Part shown: positions 13,701-25,600 of the stretch, one piece after another
Numbering within the stretch: the stretch's first letter is position 1
Layout: every line of letters starts with the position of its first letter
Assembly: GCA_965644265.1 (NCBI GenBank)
Contig: OZ286474.1
Location: 48,608,001 to 48,667,845 of the forward strand
DNA length: 59,845 nt
DNA from: Glycera tridactyla
Taxonomy: Eukaryota
Direction: 5' to 3'
Translations under genes and position numbers: made by a program
The notes under the pieces: model-generated
The model's database searches: none
Seen by the model: the letters and a program-made list of their open reading frames with translations, nothing else
What the model was told of the DNA's origin: nothing

Positions 13701-16700
13701 GGTTGTCAAGTGGAAGTAGCTGATGGTTCAGACTCACCCGTAACTAACTCTACAAAAAAGACATATTGAACCTGATGATGGCATATCTAACTATGTAACT
13801 GGCTGGAAGCCAACACTCAAGCCTGATAGCTATGCTTTTTTTACGCAAAGCGCAGTACTTGAAACAAGAAAAAGCATTAGGTTCGGAGAATACTCAAACA
13901 ATGTCTTCAATTACGAACTGTCAACTTCAAACCAGCTTTACAATCATGGCTTGCCCTATGCTTGCAGTACAATGCCATCACACAACCTAGTAAACCTAGT
14001 CGCAGCCCTAGTAACCCAGAACTGGTGTGCCTGGTACCCGCGTTTTGCATAGTGACAATATCTGCTACAGGCATACCATCAGCTACCTACACCTGAGACC
14101 ATTTCACTGAAGAAATAAGAAATAGCTTAGAGGGATAGGAAAGAGGTCAAGAAAAAGAAATCTGGTGATAGTGCAATTTTGGTAGAAAATGCCTAAAGAT
14201 AGATGATAGAAAATTTCGAAGGTATGTTTTCATTCAACCCCCCATTCCTAAAGATATTGAGAAGAAGAGAAGGGATGATGCTACACCTAGGCCACATCAT
14301 CCCCGATGGCAACACTTCAGAGCAAAAGTCCCGCGCCCATTGGTGGCTGTCATCTATAGAGACCCTGGACTCCCACCCTACCCACCAGAATGTAAATGGT
14401 TGTTTTCTTCCTCATGTTTACTCTCAGAATGTAGAGTAAACATGAGGAAGAAAACAACCATTCCTTCACTCCAAATACTTCAACATTTGTACTCGAGTAT
14501 ATGTTTGATAAAAGATATCATGCATGAATGTTAACTCTCCACAACTAGCCATCCACATACCGTGAGCCTAGTTTGTTCAGCCCCACAAAGAGCCAGGCAG
14601 GTCGGCAATTATCTAATTTATTGGCCAGCTTCAGCCGAGATGCAATAATGTCTGATAAATGGTTTCTTCCAACACCGGGTGGCCAATGCCCTTTCGAATA
14701 CCTCAGCGATATATGCAGCGCCAATTCACTCAAACCTAGAGGAAACCCTAAATGGGGATGGTGCTCATGTTATTATGTATCCCAAAACGCCACTTCAACA
14801 ACTGAGAGCTCCTTCCGAAGCCCATGGTGTTCCTTAAACCGAAAAACAGCTATATCTATCTGTACAATTTCTCCCTCAAACTCTGCATCCCCCAGGCCGA
14901 TAGGCCCACGTATGTACAAAAAAAATCATTCATAGGATGGGACCTCTCTAAGACCTCACTATCCACCAGATGGATATGGTGTCCATAACCACTAGAGGTT
15001 GCCTAGTACCATAGAACTCAATCTACTCTAAGTGAGGGAGAGAAGGCTAACTCCTATGTAGGGCACAGGTGGCCACTGATGCCTGGGTCACGAGCTGCTG
15101 GGTGGCAGAAACACCCACGACCTGCTCAGATAAACATAGTTACTATAGAATTCTTTAGCATCAACAGATCATTACAAAAAATTCCACTTCATGGGTCAGG
15201 GTGGAAAATACATCGAAACAATCATAAGAAAAAATATATATGACTAGATCATGAAATTCACATGAATGAGACAGATACACATAGCAATGCATATTGATAT
15301 ATCATACATACATCTCTCCCCCCCCCCCTCACTCTCACTCTTTTTTGAAACACAACTCTTCCTTGACACATCTCTATATGACATAGATAAATATACCTCC
15401 GATGTGAGATCACCTGTCTGGATAGATCACTTTTGGTTGGCATCTGGGGTGGTCTAAACACAGGTTTTACTGTAGCAAAATTAGGTCTTAAAAGAGGGGG
15501 GGGGGGGTCTTTCATGAGGAGTATATTTAACATGCTCATATAGAAAAAGGGTAAAAAGAGGGGAATTGCTCATGGGGGGGGGGGGGGGAGGCTCACAAGG
15601 AATTCTACTGTTGTAACAAAAAGGTGTAAACATATTTTCTAGCATATTTTCAACTGAAATATATTTCTAACGGGTTCCAAGCTGTATAACACAGTGAAGT
15701 GAAAATGAGAGACGACTCGTCTACTGAGATGATCTGCTCACAAAAAGCAAGAAAAATCTCCCCACCCCCATCAGTATCTGATGATCCAGCATAGACACAA
15801 ACATAAGTGCCTAAACGTTCAAATATCTCCCAAATGACAGATTGAAAAAAAATTCTAACCAGTGGAATGGCTTTCCACAGTCCTTAGAATTTATGTAGCA
15901 GGATTTTCAAAATCAAGCATTACATGAGAATGTGCGTGATGCTGGCCATCAAGTGGTTTCTTACCACCAACGGGTGATGGGGACTTGCATCACACAGGGT
16001 GGAATAGTTAGCTCTCTCCTCTAACCTAGAAGGGGAAGTAGCACAGCTGGAGTTGGTAGGCGGACACATGGATAAACCTCTATGCCTAGTACATCGCGCT
16101 CACCTTCATATATTTCAACTTCGCTCGTTAACACTGGTTTGAGGATCCACGGGCGCTCCCAAAAAACTTTTTGGGGGAGGTCTACGGCAATCCGAATCTC
16201 ACATTATTACGCTGGTTATGATCACGTTTGTTTTCATATCATCTGACCTTCAATTCGGGAACCAAGAAAAGGAGTATTGAATAACCGCAACATCGGGCGA
16301 GTCNNNNNNNNNNNNNNNNNNNNNNNNNNNNNNNNNNNNNNNNNNNNNNNNNNNNNNNNNNNNNNNNNNNNNNNNNNNNNNNNNNNNNNNNNNNNNNNNN
16401 NNNNNNNNNNNNNNNNNNNNNNNNNNNNNNNNNNNNNNNNNNNNNNNNNNNNNNNNNNNNNNNNNNNNNNNNNNNNNNNNNNNNNNNNNNNNNNNNNNNN
16501 NNNNNNNNNNNNNNNNNNNNNNNNNNNNNNNNNNNNNNNNNNNNNNNNNNNNNNNNNNNNNNNNNNNNNNNNNNNNNNNNNNNNNNNNNNNNNNNNNNNN
16601 NNNNNNNNNNNNNNNNNNNNNNNNNNNNNNNNNCATCTAAAAAAAGATATTGAGATAACAAGTAGTCCTATCCTATGTGACTGAACATGGTCTATCCACT

Positions 16701-19700
16701 GATGCTAACATAAAGATGATCTTCTCAAAGGTAAAGGTGAAAAATGGCCTGGAATCGTACATTCACCCACAAAGAATTGGTTTCATTATGTTGTTTTCAT
16801 ATACTGTAACTGATTTGATTGGCTGATTATGCCTCTCTGGGTGATGGCTGCCATGGAAACTATACAAAGGGGCATCTTCAAGAGTGTGTCCCATTTGGAG
16901 CGATGTTCTAGTGCCTTTAAATGCTCCACAGATAGCTGGTTGGTGATAACAATTTGGAACGAGTGAATAGGAAAGGGATACATGTGAAGTGCATATTTAT
17001 TTGAAAAAGAATCCTGTGAAATTTATAACTTCAGGATAATGGGTAAAGGTCAAGACGTAGACGTAGACGTCTCAATTATTATTGATATGATGACAGCCTG
17101 AGGTCTGCCAAGGTCATGGATAGGAAGTTTAATCTCCGCAATAGACGGCAGACGTCTCACAACCACATGGCCAAAATGCCGCATTTTCCTGGACTCAACA
17201 CTTTCCTATGCTGCATCTACCTAACGGTATCCCACGCACTCCAACCATCTAGTTGACTCATATCTATCATCTTTGTTCTGTATTTCAGTGTTGGCGTACA
17301 AGGATTGCTCGGAGGACGGCACATGGTGGACCCATCCTCTTACGAATGCCTCATGGGCCAACTACACTAACTGCATCAATCTCAAAAGTCTGGAGGTGAG
17401 TCAAGTCAAAACATAACCCTCTTTTGTTACGCTTAATCCACATATGCACGACATGGATCACCATAATACGTGCATATTGTATTCGAGTACTCAGCATATT
17501 CATTGCAGATGAAGGGAGGAGAGAGTGAGAAAGAGAATGTGAGTGTGGTGTGGTGAATAGGGGACCGGGATATAGAAAAGAGAGAGAGTGAGAAAGAGGG
17601 GATGGAAGCGGTAGACAGACCTACAAACCGACAGGCAGATGGACGAACGGAAGAACGGACAGTTGTCTGGATGGATTAGGAGAGATGCTCGAATCGACGG
17701 AGAGAGCAGAGAGACAGCAGACCAAAAAGACAGATAGAGAGAGGGACAGGCAGACAGAAAGATGGAACAAACAGACAGACAGACAGACGGATAGGACAAA
17801 CAGACAAACAGACAGACAGACAGATAGACAGACAGACAGACAGACAGATAAGACAGACAGACAGAACACAAGATAGATAGACAGACAGACATAATTACAG
17901 GCAGATGAACAGAAGGGATGCGTATAGTCGGGAAGGCTCGGATCGACCGGCGGTAGGAAGCAACGAAGAGTAAGATATTGTTCGAGGGAAATGACTTTCA
18001 GATTGCTTTGTAAACAACGAGTGCTTCTGACAGTTCTCCATTCTTCAACACCTTCACTAATTGATATTGAATGTCATGCGTAATCAAGCATTCGAAAAAT
18101 AAGCACCGGAACCCACATCAAACAGGAATGCCTTATTTTCGAAACCAACATCGGAAGAATCTGTACATAATTACGTTGCCTCCAAGACATGTTTTTGCTT
18201 GCCGTGGTAGTATTCATCTTATTACTTCCATATCACCACAACCGGTACATACAGCCACCTGCTGAGCAAAATGATTATCCACTCAAATTCGAGCAGCAAC
18301 AGATCACCTAGTCATATCGTGAAATTATCCTGAAAGTATCGCCGTCAATCAAATATATTTACAGGACAAAGTCGCAACAGAATTGTATTCATTTAGCAAC
18401 ACGTAGATCATCTGCGATTCCGAGGCAATGTAACGTTCGACCCAACGAAATTTGCACAACAGGTAGTGACGAGTGTAACAAATAGCTCAAAATGGCGCGA
18501 TCATTCGTTTTTTTTTTCGTTTTTACGCCCTTCGAACTCATTGGTTGAATACGCCACTACAATGCTCGCGATAGACAAGAGTTCCTTCAACTGCATGATC
18601 AGTTCATAGGTCGACTCCGAGCGACGCCAGTGGGCTATTGCGTAGGACTACTGAATACACTTTCTATCACATCCCCAGGTCCAGATAGATGACTATATCG
18701 AAGTTTTGGTGTCCTATTTCAGAGTTGAGTGGGTTTGTTCGACATTGACGACTAGCCTCATCCATTTTCAAGCATGAGGCAATTCCTATGTAATCGAACT
18801 CGTATGTCACTTTCACCCAGTTTGTAATGTACACAAGGTGTCACGAGTGGCAAGAATATCATGAAGTCAGTGGTCTCCTGACTCACAAATTACCTCAGTC
18901 AAGGCGACTTATTGGATGCGTTGCTGTGAGACAGCATTGTGCGTGCCACATTCATTCGCTCGTGATGGAGTACCATTGATCAGTTGGACCGCTGATAGAC
19001 CTATATTCAGACCGGGATTCGCTTGCCCCGACTTTCTTGCCCTTGGACGTACTGACATTTCATCTCTCTAACAACGGGTGAACAGCCGGATGTGAATTGA
19101 CGGAACGAAATTGCCACAGAGCAAGAAACGGACAGACTGACAGACAGACACACAGACAGATATACAGACAGACGTGAACACACATACAGGCAGACATACA
19201 GGCAGACACACAGACAGAAACACAGACAGACACACACACACAGACACACACACACACAGACACACAGACAGACGTACACGCACAGACTGGCAGACAGACA
19301 GTGGGACAGACAGACAGACAGACAGATAGGCAGACAGACAGACAGATAGGCAGACAGACATACACACTGACATACAAACACAGACCACTACAGAGACACC
19401 GATCCAGACACACATACATCACGTTGGAGCACACTTGGAATAATTAACAATCCACGGAAGGAGTGTAACTGTTGACTGTTATCACCATCTAGTGAGGGAT
19501 AATTATGTAAATTCGATTTTTGTGTACTACACAAATGACTCACTCAGTTCAATATATCATTTAGTGCCAAGGTACGTACCTGAGTATAGGCATAATCAGG
19601 ATAGAATGGACATATGCAATTCTTATTCCTGTGTCAACAACAACTACCCGACAATTGGAACATTTCCCTCTCGCGAGTGAAACAAAAATTGCTGATAAGA

Positions 19701-22031
19701 CTCTTTGTAATCACGATAACATAACTATATTCCGTTCTCTCTCCTTGTAATCGAGTATAGATATGTATATATGTCTGTGTGTATGCATACTATGTATTTG
19801 CATGTCGTGCCCTCGGCACGAGATAAGACAACCTAATTTGGATATGTGGATATATGTTTGTGTAAGGCAGGGTCGAGTGAAAAAAAAACAGCAGCTTGTT
19901 CGTTAGTACCGGAAAAAGAGCGAGTGGATCAACAGAAATATCTGCTGCGACTTGATGCCTGTGAGAACCTGGAAAAACAAGCGGAACCCGAGAGGAGCAT
20001 ATTGTTTCAGCTCACATGGGCTCTCAAATACTGTACTTTCATATCGGTGTTATTCATCTCCCACTTTATATTCTGAACAAAACATCTAAAGCACGAAAAT
20101 GGGCGAGAATATCGAGATTTAATTGGCCTCCTGTCATGCTCCCTGATAGACATAGTCCTGATGTTGATGGATGGCATCGTAACGGCATTTCTCGACTGGA
20201 GGGATCATATATACCGCGAGCAATCCAATTCGGAAGCGAGAATTCGACGTATTACATTTAAGCGTCCTTGGCATGTTCACCAAAGTTGAAAAATACCTCA
20301 CATGGCAGGTCTGTTCAGACTAAAGGCTTTCACATATAGACAATCAACAACACTTTGGATAATGAAGTAAGGATTCCACAACCACCATCACTACCGATAA
20401 ACCAATACCCATTCACGTCTGTGTGAAGTGAACTGGTAAAGTACAGACGTTCCTCTACACAGGTGAACACCCACACACAGGTGTCACTTAAGTGAGAGGT
20501 ACAGATCATATACATCTTCTGTTTTGGTGTAGGTTCGGTATTGAATGATGAATCTTGTTCATCCTGTTCACCCATCTGAGACGGAGTCCTGCTCACAGTT
20601 CGAAACAATTTCGACCAATGTGATAAGACGCTCACCAGCTGGTGAACGTTTCATCAATTCATTTATTTAGTGGTGAGATAGCAGTAATTTGTTAATTGTG
20701 ATTAATATCATGTGGGTCTGCGAGTCACCTCATCACCCGCGGCCGATACGGGACAAGCTAGGTTTGCCTCACTTCAACAGCCACATTTATGATCAATGTG
20801 ATACAAAGGGCACGTAGGTGAATATGTATGCATTTTGATGGGATTGCGTCACTATTGTTCGGATGGATTGTTGGGTGGTTGGTTGGTTGCTGTCTTGTTT
20901 GCTTCTGATCTGACATCGCGCCAGCGCAATATGTGCATATTGCTATGTCCCTGCGATGAACATTGATGGAGCAATTTGAGACTGCTCATTCTGGGTATCC
21001 AATGGCTGGGGAAAATATATTGGATTCAGTCCAAACAGCTTGGAACTCAGAACCTCAGAGATGATGGGGTGCAATCTGGTGTTAAGGACATGGCATCGGG
21101 CATCCCCAGTGACTTAGTTTTATGCCCATCATTATACGTGATCTATATGTATGATCTCGGGAGACACCTTGCAAAACTGACGAGTCAGCCAAGCACTTCA
21201 GCAGCAGATAGAACTTTGCCTGCATTGTCACTCTACATATCGAGTTATCAAGTCTGAATAATGTGCCTGAATTTACATTGGATGTTTAGAAGAAAAACAA
21301 ACATTTATTGCACCCAAAACTGCAAGGTGGGAAATCATGCTAATACGAAAGACCGCATTATAGAAGGAGAGCATGATAAGGTATCTAGTTTCAAAATTTT
21401 TCGAAAATCCTTTCTTCGACACCAATATCACGTCGCATATTTACCAGAATTTATGTGACCGAGTTTCGAGAGAAAAGTGGTCGTAGGGGTGATTTGGGCG
21501 GATAGATAGATGAATAGATTGATAGATAGACGGGTGATTGATTGATTACTTGAATGACTGTCCTGATCCCAAACCCAACTAAAACTGCTCACAGGCGTGG
21601 GTGGAATCTGCTTGAAATGTGGAGGTACCGAGCTTGTCGAGATTCATACTTCACATGTCGGTAGGTAGGTAAAAAAAAGGTAGGAAGGTAGGTGGGTAGG
21701 TAGGCAGGCAGGGAGGCTTTCTCGCTAGCTGGCTGGCTGGGTTGCTGGCAGTACAGCAGGCACATTGTTGGTTAGGTAGGTGGGTGATGGGTGGGTAGGT
21801 GGGTAGATATGTAGGTAGGTTGGCTGGTTTTGAGGTCGGTAGGTTGGTTGATAGGTAATTAGGTTGGTAGGTATGTAGGCAGGCATGCAGGTTGACAGGC
21901 TTGTTGGCTGGCTAGCTGACAGGCCGACTGGCACATACGTAGGCAGGTGGGTAGGTAGATTGGTGGGTCAGTGGGTTGATTGGTCGGTGGAACGTTAGGT
22001 AGGTGAGTAGATATGCAGGCCGGCCGGCCGG

Positions 22032-22110
<79 letters not shown>

Positions 22111-22594
22111 CGGCAGTATTTTTGGGTATGGCAGGCGTCTTGTTATTTATGAATTTGTCGCGAAAATACAGACACTTGACAGAGTAGACAGACGTTTTCT
22201 TATCCGCGACAGGTCCCTTTTATCAACGATTGTACACGTCCTACACATTCTTGTTCCTCATTCTTCACGAACTACATAACAATGTCAATATTGTCAATGT
22301 CATGGAAAGAGAAGATATACATTTCTGCTTATCTGAAGAAAAAACCAGTGCGATATTGGCGGTGTCTTGTAAGATGATTGGATGGCTGCTATGAGCGCGC
22401 TTCGCTCAGATAAGTTTGGGTAACGCAATATGTGCAGCACTCCTGGGCACTCCCTGCTCATTTATATCCAGTATATATATATTCACCATAGATTCGGTGG
22501 CTTGTATTTGCTACGGTAGGTGGGCTTGTCTAGTGGCTAGAAGCAACATGAGTCATGTTTACCCGAATATATCATCATCATCATCTCCATCATC

Positions 22595-22655
<61 letters not shown>

Positions 22656-25600
22656 CAATTACTGATAGGAGAGATGATAATGAGCTTATCTGGTGGCTAG
22701 AAGCAACATAAGTGTATTTCTCGCGTTCTGCAGTTCCCAGTAGTTCTCTTGAAGTGTTGGTTACTCGCAGCAATGATTGCAATGATGTTTTCTAGAATGT
22801 GATTGGTCTTGGACGCTGCGAACAAAGAGCGTTCTCTCGGGAGAAGGTATGAGATGATGAGAATCCTTTTCGGGTTGGATGTCCACTCTCCGTGTGATTG
22901 AACGCACACGGCACCTGCTTGAATGTCATGTTCAATATATTCCGGAGTATGATTCCAATTGCTTTCAGGTGATATACCTAAAGCTCACAAAAAGAAGCAA
23001 CCGTACTACAGTCGGTTTCATTTATATTTCGATCCTAGTTTTTCCGGGATATTTCAAAGGCGTGGCATCTAGGAACATCATACACACAGTGGGTACGGCA
23101 AAAAACCTAGTCCCCATGAGTGCACGCGACTCCGATGAAGGAGGAGAACACGAAATTTTACGAATGACGATTTCCGACACTAGTTACACTGTTCATGTAT
23201 TTGTTTTCTTTCAACCTGATTCTATACGTCAAAATCGCCAATTGGTAGCACTTTTCAACGAACATAACGCCAGAGTAGTGAGTGAAGTCTGGTTGAAGTC
23301 ACAAAGTCGTCACGATTGCTTCTGATCCGGTCCACGGTGACATAAACTTGAGAAGTTTCTCCAACCAAATCGAGAATCATAAGATTCTATAAAGTCGAAT
23401 CAATTGTGCAAAAGGTGATGCATCGTTACCCATTTGGGCTATTCCGTCCGAAAGATCAGCTGGAACGGCAGCAGTATTTGTCACTGGAACAAGTCTCAGG
23501 CGTGAACTGGGGGGAAATACGCGGTACGTCATGTAGACATCTATAATAGATAGGCATGGCGGTATCAACTCACCTAGTCTAATATGCGTTTTCCAATATT
23601 GGCCGTCATGTTGGGTACGTAGCCCCTGAGAAAGGAGATGTCACAAGATGAACGGGAATCTAATCTCATATTCTGATGCCCTAGCATGTCACATGGACAG
23701 ATTCAGGGGGCCGATGTGTATCCCCCTCTTGCCAGGACCATGACCTTCTGTGACCTTGCACCAGTGATTCAATGCAGACACGATTCAATTCCCTTTCGGT
23801 TGGATCCACTCATTCTTGATTCCAATCAAAAATTGAATGAAATCTGGTTCAATCAGAGAGTCTTCGATACAAATCAATGCATGGGTGGGATATCAACATT
23901 GAAGCTGACATGCAACATGAGATGCTGAATCCGGCGAGGTTCTCAGTTCATGGATAATCGATTCACTCCATGACCCTGATCTAGTCCCGTTCTCCCCCTA
24001 TTCTTTATTGTAAGATGGCAATTTCATGCAGGATGAAATCCCTAGCTCTTGATCAAAGTTCAATATCATCTTGCCAATTCACACTATCAATCATGCCATG
24101 AAAGGAATTGTTATATTACAGCTGTCATGCAATATAGGATGCAGACTTCCTTTGCATTAAATATAAGCTCATGCAATATCTTCGCTGAGAAAACGATCAA
24201 TGGATATCAAGTTTTCTGTCATAGTTCACTCTCAATCGGATGAAACAACTTTTGCAGGAGAAAACATTCAACTTTGAGACCCCGCACTGGAGATAGAACT
24301 TCATGTGATGAGAGGATTTAAGATCCATGAAGGAGACCGAAGAGCTATGTGCTCTTTGAGCAATTGATCGTTCACGGGAATAAGCCACAGATTCAGTTAC
24401 AACAGAAAAGTGTTGTTGCAATACAGGCGTAAAGCCGCTTATCACGTCTACTTATTCTGTGGTCTGTCTACTCAAATCCCTGTTCACGCATACTAATATG
24501 CATCTAGAGCGAGACCCACCACATCAAGAATGCCACAAAAAATGCGATTTTTGTGTTGATCCTAAAAAATAAGTTTCCATCCTAAGCCTACGTTTTGCAT
24601 CTGGATTACCGACCATGAACGGCCTGGTCCAGCCACATGGTATTCCGTCAAATATGGAGATTTCCTTTTGAGAATCTTTAGACTGTGATGATCAACGTGA
24701 ATGTGATGTTTGTTATGTTGACATGTTGGCATTGATTGTGAGCATGAATCCGAAGGTGATGATGTGCATGATTGTGATTATGACGGAAATTTCGATGATG
24801 AAGATGATATTGATGATGTACATTTCAACGATTGGTAGCATTGTGATGATTGGTGTGAATGTGATGATGTACATGCTTCAGATGATGAATGCTATTGTGA
24901 TGGTGAACATGATCGAGACCATGTACACGAATGTGACGACTAACATAATTGCAGTGATGAGTGTGTTTGATGATGAGGAGCACGATTCGGATGAGGGTCC
25001 TCATTACACTGATGGACATGAGTGTTCTGACGAGCATGACTGTGCCTATCGACTATGAATATGAATGTTAGGGTCAACTTCATCGTGATGATGAACATGT
25101 TTGTGATGATGGGTGAGATTGCGATGATGTACATGGAGTATGAAGATGAGTGTGATGATGAATGTTACTGTGGTGAGGAACATGAGTGTAATGATGAATG
25201 TTACTGTGATGAGGAACATGAGTGTGATGATGAATGCTACTGTGATGGGGAACATGAGTGGGAAGATGAATGTTACTGTGATGACGAACATGAGTGTGAT
25301 TATGAATGTTACTGTGATGAGGAACATGAGTGTGATGATGAATGTTACTGTGATGAGGAACATGAGTGGGATGATGAATGTTACTGTGATGAGGAACATG
25401 AGTGTGATGATGAATGTTACTGTGATGAGGAACATGAGTGTAATGATGAATGTTACTGTGATGGGGAACACGAGTGTGATGATGAATGTTACTGTGATGA
25501 GGAACATGAGTGGGATGATGAATGTTACTGTGATGAGGAACATGAGTGTGATGATGAATGTTACTGTGATGAGGAACATGAGTGTGATGATGAATGTTAC

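Noticed and set aside
13680-14330. Gypsy protease/RT reading ([21 protein letters not shown])
   Set aside because: The homology with 1983-2417 ends in an (AAAC)n tail on the opposite strand, which fits a SINE-like element better; the short motifs are probably chance
17500-22279. ORFs such as (SVCL)n, (RQTD)n and (QAGR)n, and similar ones at 33659-33994 and 39530-39925
   Set aside because: They are translations of microsatellites
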